Shown piece by piece: positions 38,730 to 49,418 of a stretch of 64,000 nucleotides of DNA; positions within the stretch are counted from its first letter, which is position 1, and every line of letters starts with the position of its first letter. The DNA is from Chloroflexota bacterium (GTDB lineage: Bacteria; Chloroflexota; UBA11872; VXOZ01). The translations under genes and the position numbers were made by a program. The notes under the pieces are model-generated. The model saw nothing but the letters and a program-made list of their open reading frames with translations, searched no databases and had not been told where the DNA came from. Where the stretch lies: NCBI GenBank assembly GCA_964291655.2, contig OZ219802.1, positions 2,272,001 through 2,336,000 of the forward strand. The letters are read 5' to 3'.

Positions 38730-41075
38730 CTACCACTTTCTCCCCGAGCTTCCCGATGAACCGTCGTTGCCCTCGTTTTGGGACGTATCGGGTTCACCGC
38801 CGCGGTCACGATCTCGCTCGGCTCCCGCGGGCGCGCGGTCTCGGTCTGCACCTGCAGTCGGGCGCTCGCGGTCAAAGCGTCGCGGGCCTCGGCCGCCGCG
38901 AGGCGGGCCGCGCCGATCGGATGATTGACCTCGTCCTCTATCTCCGCCGCCCCGTTCGCCACGGCTTGAAGGCGGGCGATCGGAGGGATGGCTTCCTTCC
39001 AACACCGCGCGGCGCGAAAGGTTCACGCGGCCCTGGTAATCAATCTCAACCACCATCACCATGACTTCGTCGCCGATGTCGGCAATGTCTTCGGCGCGTT
39101 CCACGTAGTCCTCAGCCAGTTCGCTCATGCGCACCAGGCCTTCGCGCCGGCCGTCGGGTAGCTTCACAAAAACGCCGGCATTCATGATGCGCGATACCGT
39201 GCCGGTAAAGATTGCGCCGACCTCGAGTTCGGTGGTCATATTGCGGATGGTCTCTACCGCCTTTTCGACACCATCCTTGGACTCGCCGGTCACGACGATG
39301 GTGCCGTCATCGGCAATGTCTATCTTCGACTCGGTCTCTTCTTGGATCTTTCGGATTATCTTGCCGCCGGGGCCGATTACGTCGCCAATCTTTTCCGGAT
39401 TAATTTTCAGCGACTCGAGCCGCGGCGCATAATCGGAGAGCTCGGTACGAGGTTCCGGCAGAGCTTCCGTCATCACGTTGAGCACCTCTAGGCGAGCGTC
39501 GCGCGCCTGCCCCAATGCCTGCTCCATGATGGCGAAAGTGATGCCCGTCACCTTGATATCCATCTGCAGCGCGGTGACACCCTTCGCGGTGCCCGCCACT
39601 TTGAAGTCCATGTCGCCGAGGGCATCCTCGATGCCCTGGATATCGGTGAGAATTGCGTATTCTCCTTCATCCCCCAATACCAGACCCATCGCGATGCCGC
39701 CTACCGGTGCTGAAATGGGAACCCCGGCATCCATCAGCGCCAGCGAACTGCCGCAGGTAGAAGCCATGCTGGTTGAACCGTTCGACGAAAGCACTTCGGA
39801 GACTACGCGAATGGTATAAGGAAACTCCTCCTGCGAGGGCAGCACCTGTGCGATCGCACGCTCGGCGAGCCGGCCGTGGCCGATCTCACGCCTGCGCGGC
39901 GATCCCAAACGTCCGGTTTCACCGGTGCTGAAGGGCGGAAAGTTGTAGTGGTGCATGAACGGCCTGGAATCTGCGATTTCGAGACCGTAGAGCGGCTGGG
40001 CGTCGCCAATCGAGCCGAGCGTTGTAATGCTCAGCGCTTGGGTCTGACCGCGCTGGAAAAGTCCGGTGCCATGGGTGCGGGGCAGCACGCCAACCTCGGC
40101 GGACAGCGGCCGGATCTCCGCCGGGCCGCGTCCGTCGGGACGCTTGCCCTCATGCAAGATTTCGTTGCGTACGTGCTTCTTGACGGCAGACTGCACCGCG
40201 TCGGCCACGTGCTCTTGGCCGTGCTCCTCGCCCAGGGCTGCCACGGTGTCGGCGGTGATTGCCGAAAGCTGCTCCTCGCGCTCCGCCTTGTCCGGTCGCC
40301 CAAATGCCGCGGCGATCTTGTCCGCTACCTGCGCCTGCACCTGCGCGACGAGTTCGTCCGATGGGCCGTGAGGAACATACTCGTGCTTGGCCTTGCTGAT
40401 CTTGCTGATGAGCTCTTCCTGCATGGCGATGGTCTCTTGTAACGCCTCATGCCCGCGCTCCAACGCCGCGAGCATCTCGGTCTCGGGCAACTGGCCGGCC
40501 TCGGCTTCCACCATCATCACGGCGTCGCGGGTGCCCGCGATGACGAGATCGAGGTCGCTTTCTTCAAATTGGGACATCAGCGGATTGATGACGAATTCAC
40601 CATTGATGCGACCCACGCGTACCGCGCCTATTGGTCCGCCAAAGGGGATATCCGAAATGCAGAGCGCCGCGGACGCGCCGACAATGCCCATGACGTCCGT
40701 GGCATTTTCCTGGTCCGCGCTGAGGATGGTGATAATCACCTGCACCTCGTTGCGGTAGTCCTTCGGGAAAAGGGGCCGCAACGGGCGGTCGCACAGTCGC
40801 GCCGCCAGCACGCAATCGTCGCTGGGGCGCCCCTCACGCCGCAAGTACCCGCCGGGAATCCTGCCTACGGCGTAGTATTTCTCTTCCACATCTACGGAGA
40901 GAGGAAAGAAATCGATCCCCTCGCGGGGCTTAGAGCCCGTGACCGTGACCAGAAGTATCGTGTCGCCGCAACGGATAGTGACGCTGCCGCTCGCCTGCTC
41001 GGCAAACCGCCCGGTCTCGATGCTAAGCTCACGACCGGCGTGGTCTGCCTCTACCTTGTGAATCATACGATTCAA
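38730..41075 (-). CDS. pnp: polyribonucleotide nucleotidyltransferase (PNPase)
   Basis: DFFPLSV, RREIGHG, SNGSTSMAS, GDMDFKVAGT, KH and S1 domains. Confidence 0.97.
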   Translation of the reverse strand: MNRMIHKVEADHAGRELSIETGRFAEQASGSVTIRCGDTILLVTVTGSKPREGIDFFPLSVDVEEKYYAVGRIPGGYLRREGRPSDDCVLAARLCDRPLRPLFPKDYRNEVQVIITILSADQENATDVMGIVGASAALCISDIPFGGPIGAVRVGRINGEFVINPLMSQFEESDLDLVIAGTRDAVMMVEAEAGQLPETEMLAALERGHEALQETIAMQEELISKISKAKHEYVPHGPSDELVAQVQAQVADKIAAAFGRPDKAEREEQLSAITADTVAALGEEHGQEHVADAVQSAVKKHVRNEILHEGKRPDGRGPAEIRPLSAEVGVLPRTHGTGLFQRGQTQALSITTLGSIGDAQPLYGLEIADSRPFMHHYNFPPFSTGETGRLGSPRRREIGHGRLAERAIAQVLPSQEEFPYTIRVVSEVLSSNGSTSMASTCGSSLALMDAGVPISAPVGGIAMGLVLGDEGEYAILTDIQGIEDALGDMDFKVAGTAKGVTALQMDIKVTGITFAIMEQALGQARDARLEVLNVMTEALPEPRTELSDYAPRLESLKINPEKIGDVIGPGGKIIRKIQEETESKIDIADDGTIVVTGESKDGVEKAVETIRNMTTELEVGAIFTGTVSRIMNAGVFVKLPDGRREGLVRMSELAEDYVERAEDIADIGDEVMVMVVEIDYQGRVNLSRRAVLEGSHPSDRPPSSRGERGGGDRGRGQSSDRRGPPRGGRGPRRFDRERPTAGADRDRAPAGAERDRDRGGEPDTSQNEGNDGSSGSSGRKW

Positions 41076-41116
41076 AAAACCCTTCCCGTGCCCCGCCTCA
41101 GCCCCAGATGTGGTTA

Positions 41117-41284
41117 GTGACTAGCAGATGCTGCTTCGCAAAGCTGCTGCTTCGCAAAGTCGCTGCTTCCTTGAAACGAAGCCGTTGTTGCGCACAGCCG
41201 CCGTTTCTCCAAGTCTCCGCTACGTTGCGTGCGGACTTTGTCTTGCAAAAACGCCGTTTCCCTGAAGCAGCATGTGCTAGTCAC
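41117..41284 (-). promoter_or_regulatory. long inverted repeat in the pnp leader (possible RNase III processing stem)
   Basis: GTGACTAGCAGATGCTGCTTC (41117-41137) pairs with GAAGCAGCATGTGCTAGTCAC (41264-41284), one mismatch in 21 bp. Confidence 0.55.
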
Positions 41285-41954
41285 CAAATACTAACCCTGT
41301 CCCGCACGTGTCATTTGGACAAGCTGGTGGCCGGTGTTTGGCACGTAACTGAGAAAAATGTATTGGAGAAGATCACGTTTTCTTCCATTCTTCACTATAG
41401 CGGAGCGCGGGATGCCATTTCAAGGATGTGGTTCAAGTGAGGAGCCTACCTAGGACTCGGTGCAGGCCACGGGCACTTGCAGACAGAATGGTGGTATTGG
41501 CGCCAAGCCAAGGGTCACGCGCTACAAATCACCGTTCTCAAACCGGACGATCGGCGCAGGCTAACCACCACAGCAAGCCGCAGGTTACAAACCTGCGCTA
41601 CCGGCCGCGGGAGGAGCAACGTGCCTCGCGCTCGCCTCAGCAGTAGCGTGGAGATTTGGTTCCGGCAGAATTGAGTAGTGACAAACCAGAGACTTCCACA
41701 TGGTTCGGCTCGCAAAGTCGGCCCACGCTGCGGCAAGGGGTCCGCACAGCCCTCAGCAGCAACAGGTTTTCACCGCCTCCGTGCGCCCCCGTATTGTTTA
41801 CTGGGCAGGACCTGAGCTTGTCGAATAGTCAAAGCACACCCGGTTTTGTAGATTAAGACGTATACTGTTGGTGTAGATTCCTGCCTACTGTTGTGTCTCA
41901 ATGTGTAGGCTTCCTCCAATGGTGAACCAGGAGAAGGGAGTACTTTGACCTATC

Positions 41955-44156
41955 ATGCCACCGGAATATGATGCAGCGACATTACGTGAGTACTGCGGGA
42001 CGGTCGCGTTGGAGCCGACCGCCGATGTGGTGGCCGGGTCGTGGGGCACGTGGACGTTCACCTTCACCGTGGGCACGTACGGTATGGACGACCGCTCCAA
42101 CCTGCGTTTGGTGATGCGGGGCGTCTGTGACTGGGGCGCGCCGGACTTCGACGATCCCACCGCGCCGAATTACTGCCGCATCCATACCGACGGCAACGCC
42201 AAACTGCAGGTGCACTTCGACCGCGAGAACCACGTGCGCCCCTGGCGGCGCACCATCCACGTGCACGTGCACGACGGCACGCTGGCGGCGGGAGAAAAAA
42301 TCTGGATCGTGCTTGGCGACCCCACGGGGGGCAGTCCCGGCAGCCAGGCGCAGACATTCGTGGAGAGCACGTTCGAGTTCAAGTTCTTTGCCGACAACTT
42401 CGGCACCCTGCAGTTCCGCGAACTGCCGGACGCGCCGGTGGTGCGCATCGTGGCGGGCCCGACGGCGAGTTTGGTGGCGCAAGCGCCGAGCATGGTGGCC
42501 GCGGGCGAGGAAGTCGACGTGCTCGTGCGCGCCGACGATGCCTGGGGCAATACGGCGAGCAGTTTTTGCGGTGAGGTCGGCCTGTACTGGCCGCACCAAG
42601 CCGAGCCGCTGGCGAGCCACTCCTTCAGCCAAGACGATGGTGGGATTTATTGCTTCACCGGCCTAGAGCTTAGCGAGACCGGGATTGCACGCTTGGAGGC
42701 CCGCAGTGAAAGTCCGGCGTTCTCTGTCCTCAGCAATCCCATCCACGTGCAGAACGATCCACCCGACCTCCGCCTCTACTGGGGCGATATGCACGCGCAG
42801 ACCGAAGAGACCGTAGGCACGGGCAGCCCCGACGAATACTTCACCTACGCCCGCGACCACGCGGGAGTCGACTTCCTGGGCATCCAGGGCAACGACTTTC
42901 AGATTACGGCTGAGTTCTGGTATGAGCTGCAAGAGATCGTGATGCGCTACAACGAGCCCGGACGCTTTCTCACGCTGCTCGGCTACGAGTGGTCAGGCAA
43001 CCATCCGGCAGGCGGCGACCACAACGTGCACTTTCTCGGCGATGAAGGCCCGCTGCATCGTTCGTCCCACTGGCAGGTGCCGGGCGACCCCGGGCCGTGG
43101 GAGGACAAGTGCCCGGTCTCGACGCTCGTGGACCTTTACCGCGGCCTGGACGATGTCTTCATGATTCCCCACATCGGCGGACGGCGCGCGAACCTTGACT
43201 ATTTTGATTCGGAAGTCATGCCCTTGATCGAGATCGCCTCGGCCCACGGCTGGTTCGAGTGGGTCTGGCAGGAGGCGCTGGAGCGCGGCTACATCACTGG
43301 TTTTGCCGCCGGCAGCGACGACCACACCGGACGTCCCGGCACCAGCCGTCCCACCAACGGCGGCATGTTCGGCGTGCGCGGCGGACTGCTCGGCGCCTAT
43401 GCGCCCGATCTGCTACGCCGCTCGATTTGGGACGCCATCCGCGCTCGGCATACCTTTGCCTCAACCGGCGCGCGCATGATCGTCCACATGACCGCCGACG
43501 GGCACCTGCAGGGTGATATTTTTGAATCAACTAATCCGCCCTCGCTGCAGGTCAGGGTGGCCGGCTCCGCTCCCTTGGAGAAAGTGGAGGTGCTGCGCGG
43601 CACAGAGCCGGTCTACTCCCATTCCCTGGTGGAGCCGGAGAGCGGTATCCCCCGAAGAGTCCGCGTCGGCTGGCGCGGCTCCCGCGTGAAAGACCGCACC
43701 CGCCGCCTGCGCTGGGACGGCAGCCTGCGCGTGGGAAAAGGCCGCATTGCCGCGGCCAAGGGCTGGGCCTTTGACGATCCGACGGAAGGCGTTGTGGATT
43801 GGAACGAAGAAAGCGTGCGCTGGGTCTCGCAGACCTCCGGCGACTGGGACGGCGTGGCACTGGAACTCGTGGGCGATGCCGATACGACGCTGCAGTTCAC
43901 CTCTGCGCCGGCCACGTTTTCGGTGCGACTTGATGAACTGGCCAATTGCAGCGAAATCGTACGACCCGGAAACACCGGCGTGGGCAGCGAGGTGCGCATC
44001 AGCCGCGACGATGAGGAGCGCGCACCCCTAGATGCGGCTTTCACCTTCCAGGACCCGGAACCGCTGCAGCAAGACCTTACGCCCTATTTCGTCCGCGTCA
44101 CCCAATACGACGGCGAAATGGCCTGGTGCAGTCCGGTATTCGTGCAAAAGGCGTGA
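41955..44156 (+). CDS. DUF3604-like PHP-fold metallohydrolase
   Basis: YWGDMHAQT, LGYEWS, GDHNV, IPHIGG, GSDDHTGRPG, AWCSP. Confidence 0.8.
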   Translation: MPPEYDAATLREYCGTVALEPTADVVAGSWGTWTFTFTVGTYGMDDRSNLRLVMRGVCDWGAPDFDDPTAPNYCRIHTDGNAKLQVHFDRENHVRPWRRTIHVHVHDGTLAAGEKIWIVLGDPTGGSPGSQAQTFVESTFEFKFFADNFGTLQFRELPDAPVVRIVAGPTASLVAQAPSMVAAGEEVDVLVRADDAWGNTASSFCGEVGLYWPHQAEPLASHSFSQDDGGIYCFTGLELSETGIARLEARSESPAFSVLSNPIHVQNDPPDLRLYWGDMHAQTEETVGTGSPDEYFTYARDHAGVDFLGIQGNDFQITAEFWYELQEIVMRYNEPGRFLTLLGYEWSGNHPAGGDHNVHFLGDEGPLHRSSHWQVPGDPGPWEDKCPVSTLVDLYRGLDDVFMIPHIGGRRANLDYFDSEVMPLIEIASAHGWFEWVWQEALERGYITGFAAGSDDHTGRPGTSRPTNGGMFGVRGGLLGAYAPDLLRRSIWDAIRARHTFASTGARMIVHMTADGHLQGDIFESTNPPSLQVRVAGSAPLEKVEVLRGTEPVYSHSLVEPESGIPRRVRVGWRGSRVKDRTRRLRWDGSLRVGKGRIAAAKGWAFDDPTEGVVDWNEESVRWVSQTSGDWDGVALELVGDADTTLQFTSAPATFSVRLDELANCSEIVRPGNTGVGSEVRISRDDEERAPLDAAFTFQDPEPLQQDLTPYFVRVTQYDGEMAWCSPVFVQKA

Positions 44157-44463
44157 TCCTGCAATGCATCCTTGCCAGCATGTGTGATTTCTTGCCTCGC
44201 CTGCGGGTGTCGGCAGGGGGCAAGCCCTCGCGATACGTCAAACCTCCCTGGTAGCGCAGGTTTGTAACCTGCGTCCTGTTGCGCCAACTGGATTAGACTG
44301 TGAGGAACCCCTGGAATCCGAGGCATTGAGGGGGGCCACAGTTCCTCGCGGTAGCAACGCTCCTCATGTGAGACCGCCGCAGGACGTGCGCAATGCCGTG
44401 TACCCAAGCGGGGGACAAGCCCCCGCGCTACGTAATCAGGACTTTGACAGATAGTTGAAACTC

Positions 44464-45249
44464 ATGCCGTATCCAAATTTCCCTAATAAGCACCGCGAGG
44501 AGGCGTTTATTACGCCGGAAGCCTCGTTGGAATACTTTCACAGCCATAGGAGCGAGTCAGCGTTGCCGCCACCGGAATCGGTTATTCTCTGTTACCAGAG
44601 TTCCTTATTGGCGCACATCCTCGAACAGCACGAGACCACGAGCACCGAGCGAGGTGCGATGGTGAGCCTGCATTCGCTGAACGAGACGGAGAACCGGGTT
44701 GCCGTCAAAGGCGGCTTCGGCATCGGCGCTCCGGCGGCGATTGTGGTTCTGGAAGAGCTCATTGTTCAGGGCATACGGCGCTTTCTCTCAATCGGCACCG
44801 CCGGCAGTCTGCAGCGGCACGTAGCCATTGGCGACATTGTCGTTTGCGACCGCGCGATTCGGGATGAAGGCACGTCACACCACTACCTGCCGCCGGAGAC
44901 GTACGCCCATGCCTCTCCCGCCATGACCAGTCGGCTGGTAGCGGCGCTACAGGCCACAGACATTGCGCATAGCGTCGGCACAAGTTGGACTGTAGACGCG
45001 CCATACCGCGAGACCGTTGCGGAGGTACAGCACAACCAAGCTGAAGGCGTGCTCACGGTAGAGATGGAGGCTGCGGCGCTCTTTGCCGTGGCGGCGTACC
45101 GGGGCGTCGAGATGGGCTCGCTGTTGACGATTAGCGATTCTCTTGCCGATCTGACCTGGGACCCGCACTTCCGCTCCGACACCACGCGGGTGGGTCTGGA
45201 AACGCTCTATCAAGTGGCGCTGGAGGCGTTGCAGGCTAATTCCGACTAG
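44464..45249 (+). CDS. nucleoside (uridine-like) phosphorylase
   Basis: GIGAP, IGTAGSL, AIRDEGTSHHY, WTVDAPYRET, VEMEAAALF. Confidence 0.9.
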   Translation: MPYPNFPNKHREEAFITPEASLEYFHSHRSESALPPPESVILCYQSSLLAHILEQHETTSTERGAMVSLHSLNETENRVAVKGGFGIGAPAAIVVLEELIVQGIRRFLSIGTAGSLQRHVAIGDIVVCDRAIRDEGTSHHYLPPETYAHASPAMTSRLVAALQATDIAHSVGTSWTVDAPYRETVAEVQHNQAEGVLTVEMEAAALFAVAAYRGVEMGSLLTISDSLADLTWDPHFRSDTTRVGLETLYQVALEALQANSD

Positions 45250-45263
45250 GGCTGGGGCGGCGG

Positions 45264-46754
45264 TCACGTTACCGCCCACGCACGGGCGCGTTCCACCGCG
45301 CGTTGCCAGGTGGCATAGCGGGATTCGCGCTCGTCGGCGCTGATTTGGGGCTCGTAGCGTCGCGCGACTCGCCACTGCGCTGCCACGGCTACGGTATCCG
45401 GCCAGAAGCCCACGCCCAGTCCCGCCAAGTACGCCGCGCCCAGCGCCGTGGTCTCCGTCACCGCAGGCACGACCACGGGGATGCCGAGCAGATCGGCTTG
45501 GGTCTGCATCAGGAGCGTGTTCGCCACTGCGCCGCCGTCGGCCCGGAGTTCCTGCAGCGCAACGCCCGATTCCTGCTGCATCGTTGCCACTACGTCGCGG
45601 GTCTGAAACGCGATGGCATCCAAAGTGGCGCGGACAACATGCGCCTTGGTAGAGCCGAGGGTGAGGCCGAGGATGGTCCCCCGTGCCTCGGGGTCCCAAT
45701 ATGGCGTACCGAGACCGGTGAATGCGGGCACTACGACCACGCCGCCGGAGTCCGGTACTTGCCGCGCCAGACCCTCGCTCTCTCCCGCCGTGGCAATGAC
45801 GCCTAGCTTGTCACGCAGCCACTGAATTGCGGCTCCGGCCACGAAAACCGACCCTTCCAGCGCATAGGCAGGGGCGTCCGCAGAGGCTGCCACCGTCGTA
45901 AGCAGTCCGGTTTCCGAAGGCGTGGCCTCGTTGCCGGTGTGCGAGAGCAGAAAGCAGCCGGTGCCGTACGTGTTCTTAGCGTGGCCGGGTTGCCAGCAGG
46001 TCTGACCGAAAAGCGCCGCCTGCTGATCGCCCGCAATGCCGGCAATCGGAGTGGCAGCGCCAAACACCGCCGGATCTGTGTGCCCCACTACGCCCGATGA
46101 AGGTACCACCTGCGGCATGGCTTCGCGCGAAATGCCAAAGAGCGCCAGCAAACCGGCATCCCAGTCACGGGCGCGGATGTCGTAGAGCATGGTGCGGGAG
46201 GCGTTGGTGGGATCGGTCACGTGCTGGGCGTGACCCGTCAGGTTTGCAATGAGCCAAGAGTCCACCGTGCCCAGGCAGAGGTCGTTCTGCGCCGCCAGTT
46301 CGCTGGCGCGGGGCACGTTACGCAGGATCCACTCGAACTTGGGGCCCGAAAAGTAGGCATCGAGCACCAGGCCGGTCTTCTGCCGAACAGCGCTGGCCAG
46401 GCCCTGCGCCTCCAGCTCCTGGCAGCGCCCCGCCGTGCGACGGCATTGCCAGACGATCGCGTTGCCCAGCGGCTCACCCGTGGACCGTTGCCAGGCGAGG
46501 CTCGTCTCCCGCTGGTTGGTGATGCCGACGGCCGCAATCCGCTCGGGCGCGACAGCCGTCACTTTCAGTACGGCTTGGATGCACGCATACTGCGATTGCC
46601 AGATGGCGCTAGGGTCGTGCTCCACCCAGCCTGTCTGCGGGTAGACTTGCGGCAGCTCTTGGCCTGCGCTGGCGACGATCTGCCCTTCGACATCAAATAG
46701 GATGGCGCGGGAGGAGGTGGTGCCTTGGTCAAGGGCGAGTATGTAGTCGTTCAC
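45264..46754 (-). CDS. glpK: glycerol kinase
   Basis: DQGTTSSR, GITNQRET, TNASRTML, GDQQAALFG, KNTYGTGCF. Confidence 0.96.
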   Translation of the reverse strand: MNDYILALDQGTTSSRAILFDVEGQIVASAGQELPQVYPQTGWVEHDPSAIWQSQYACIQAVLKVTAVAPERIAAVGITNQRETSLAWQRSTGEPLGNAIVWQCRRTAGRCQELEAQGLASAVRQKTGLVLDAYFSGPKFEWILRNVPRASELAAQNDLCLGTVDSWLIANLTGHAQHVTDPTNASRTMLYDIRARDWDAGLLALFGISREAMPQVVPSSGVVGHTDPAVFGAATPIAGIAGDQQAALFGQTCWQPGHAKNTYGTGCFLLSHTGNEATPSETGLLTTVAASADAPAYALEGSVFVAGAAIQWLRDKLGVIATAGESEGLARQVPDSGGVVVVPAFTGLGTPYWDPEARGTILGLTLGSTKAHVVRATLDAIAFQTRDVVATMQQESGVALQELRADGGAVANTLLMQTQADLLGIPVVVPAVTETTALGAAYLAGLGVGFWPDTVAVAAQWRVARRYEPQISADERESRYATWQRAVERARAWAVT

Positions 46755-46872
46755 GCTAGTGCCACTTCTCGTTCAGATTCTGGGGCGCCAGTCGCCGTCA
46801 CTCCGGCGCAAGCCGGAGTCCAGGGGGTCTGTGAGGCCGAAGTTCGCAAGTCAATTGAAGAATCACGAGTGC

Positions 46873-47883
46873 TCACACGGCAGCCGGGCGCTCAATCCGT
46901 AGTTGCTGGCCGTCGAGCACAGGCAACGTAAACCGAATACGGCCTGCTGCTATCGCCGTTACGTCGTTCACCGATTCGCCATTGCTCGTAATCAGCGCAC
47001 TCTGCCAGGCAGGAGGCACCTCCGCTGTGAGAGTGAGTTCCCTATTCTGCACGCGCTCCGGTATTCTGGGCGCTTCCATGTAGAAATTGATTGCGTCGTC
47101 AGCGGCGCAGTACCCGCGCGGATGGGCGGTACGGCGTAGCAAGATGTAGTCAATTACCTCGTCCGGCGTCGCCCGCCACACGTCCCCGACTTCCGCAACT
47201 TTCGCAAAGCGTTCGCCAAGCAAAGCGGGCGTAATGTCGCGTTCAGGGTCAGCCGGATCATCGGCTACAAACTGGGCGCTATCCACCAGCCAGCCCTCCG
47301 TATCCCGTGCCTGGTGCAGCCGCCAGTAGGGATCGTAGGTCCGCGCGGGCAGCGGGAGACCCTCTACCGTGTAGAGCGCTGACCGGCCCAGCGCATACAG
47401 GTCCTCGTCGACGTGGTTGTAGTTCAGGCGGTCTTCCAGCGTTAGAACTGCCTGGTAGCCGGCGGCTTGCACCTCTGCCGGCAGAATCCCATGGTGATGG
47501 TCTATAGTCGATACCACGAGCATCGTAACCGGCGCATCCACAAGTTTCTCGAGAGCTTCCCGCGATTCCCGCGTAGGGGCGTCCCTTGTGGGCGCCCATT
47601 CTCCTTGTTGCTTTCGTGTCGAGCCGCTGCCGGCAACGCTCCAGCCCTCCCGCTGGAGTTCCCGCAAGTCGTCATTGCTCAGAGCAGGTACATGTTTCCG
47701 GCTGCCCGATTCACTCTGGCCGCTGCCGCTTGATAGTCCCTCCGCGTCGAGGGCTATGGTCCCGGGTATCGCATGCCGGCGGTGCAACGGTAGGGCCGAC
47801 TCCAATAGGGAGTGCACTGCTGCGTCGTACGTGATGGAATACACCCAGCGCCAACCGTGCTTCCAAGTTTCTACGCGCAGCAT
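46873..47883 (-). CDS. hypothetical protein, degenerate polysaccharide-deacetylase-like fold
   Basis: YSITYD...GT..., LRELQREGWSV; the usual metal-ligand motifs look altered. Confidence 0.55.
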   Translation of the reverse strand: MLRVETWKHGWRWVYSITYDAAVHSLLESALPLHRRHAIPGTIALDAEGLSSGSGQSESGSRKHVPALSNDDLRELQREGWSVAGSGSTRKQQGEWAPTRDAPTRESREALEKLVDAPVTMLVVSTIDHHHGILPAEVQAAGYQAVLTLEDRLNYNHVDEDLYALGRSALYTVEGLPLPARTYDPYWRLHQARDTEGWLVDSAQFVADDPADPERDITPALLGERFAKVAEVGDVWRATPDEVIDYILLRRTAHPRGYCAADDAINFYMEAPRIPERVQNRELTLTAEVPPAWQSALITSNGESVNDVTAIAAGRIRFTLPVLDGQQLRIERPAAV

Positions 47884-48131
47884 GCGGCTTCTCCTAAGCG
47901 ACTAATGGCGCAATCTTGCCACAAGACCAAACAGAATTTTAGTCCGTAATTCCCAAGAAAGCTGAAAGGCATCTCTTGCGTGATTCGTGGACACCCGCCT
48001 TCGCGGCAGTGACCGGTGAGACCACACGTCTCACTTCAGCGTTGACCTTAACTATAAAGGAATGTCCTGCTTTTTTCGCACCACCTAGAATAGAGGAGTG
48101 ATGCGTTCCTCAAGACTGAAGGAGACCCTGG

Positions 48132-48938
48132 ATGCCGAACCTGGAATTGCGTACCCGCTTCCTCATCCACGAACCGCGCACTATCGACTTGCCCTACCGG
48201 GAAGAGCACTTTGGCTTCAAGCACGCCTCCGTGAGTATTCCGCCATCCCAGGCTGCCATCGTGCTGGTGGACTGCTGGGACGAGCCGACCATCGAGAGCC
48301 ACGGCGAGCGCTCCGCTCAGATTTGCCAAGACCTCATCCGGCCGCTGCTTGATGCGTGCCGCGCGTTGGGAGTTGCTGTGGTGCACGCGCCGTCGCCGCC
48401 GGTGGCACGGAAGTTCCCGCAGTGGTTGCGCTACGCGGGCGATAGCGAACTCAATCCGCCGCCAAAGGCCGTCGCCGACTGGCCGCCGCCGGACTTCGCG
48501 CTACGGCAAGGCGCGTGGGCAAACCTGGAAGCGCACTACGGCGAGGAGTGGCAGCCTTTGCGCCGTCAACATGAGGAAGCTCGGTCCATTGATCAAGCCG
48601 TGTGGCCCACGGCAGAAGACTTCGTAATCGCCACCGGCGAGCAACTGCACCGCCTGTGCCGGGACAAGCAGATCCGCTATCTCTTCTACGCAGGCTTTGC
48701 CGCCAACTACTGTGTGCCCCACCGCGACTATGGCGTCTTCGCCATGCGCGAGCGTGGCTACTGCATAATCCTACTGCGGGACTGCACGACGAGCATCGGC
48801 ACACCCGGCCTGCCGCACAGTCTCTGTACGGAAGAGGTGTTTCATCACCTTGAATCGCGCAGTCTTGCCGGGTCGATTACGGCGAAGGAGTTCACGGCAG
48901 CGGCGGAATCCGTGACGGCAGCAACCATGGCTGACTAG
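48132..48938 (+). CDS. isochorismatase family cysteine hydrolase
   Basis: VLVDCWD, VVHAPS, YAGFAANYCV..R.YG, LLRDCT. Confidence 0.85.
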   Translation: MPNLELRTRFLIHEPRTIDLPYREEHFGFKHASVSIPPSQAAIVLVDCWDEPTIESHGERSAQICQDLIRPLLDACRALGVAVVHAPSPPVARKFPQWLRYAGDSELNPPPKAVADWPPPDFALRQGAWANLEAHYGEEWQPLRRQHEEARSIDQAVWPTAEDFVIATGEQLHRLCRDKQIRYLFYAGFAANYCVPHRDYGVFAMRERGYCIILLRDCTTSIGTPGLPHSLCTEEVFHHLESRSLAGSITAKEFTAAAESVTAATMAD

Positions 48939-48944
48939 AGAAAA

Positions 48945-49355
48945 GAAGAGGGAGGCAACGCCCCCGTGCCTCCCTCTTCGGAAGAATTCTAGCCTACGTG
49001 TGTTCCCAGGTAACCGTCCACGCGTAGGGGCGGTTCGCGAACCGCCCCTACAGCCCGCACAGTCGGAATCCTCTCTGCGCTCGGAATGACATTTCGGAAG
49101 AATTTTAGCTAACGTGTCCTCTCGTAACAGTTTCCGCATTGGGGCGGTTCGCGAACCGCACTTACTTCGCGGCAGCGGCGCGGCAGGTCGCAGGTGCAAC
49201 GAAGGCGGGATGACGCGAAGAAGGGAGGCCACGCCCCGTGCCTCCCTTCTCAGTGGATGTATTGCCTACGGGTCTGAATGTTACAGGTCATACGTAGGGG
49301 CGGTTCACGAACCGCCCCTACTGCTAGATTCCTCGCTATGCTCGGAATGACATTC
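48945..49355. repeat. duplicated terminator-plus-REP module, period about 270 bp
   Basis: AGGGAGGC..GCCTCCCT hairpin, GTAGGGGCGGTTC.CGAACCGCCCCTAC (49024, 49294) and ..CTCGGAATGAC, each present twice. Confidence 0.75.
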
Positions 49356-49418
49356 GCGTTCGGATTGACACTTGCGCTCGGAAGAATAGCGACTGTCAAC
49401 TGAAACCGGCTTGAGAAC

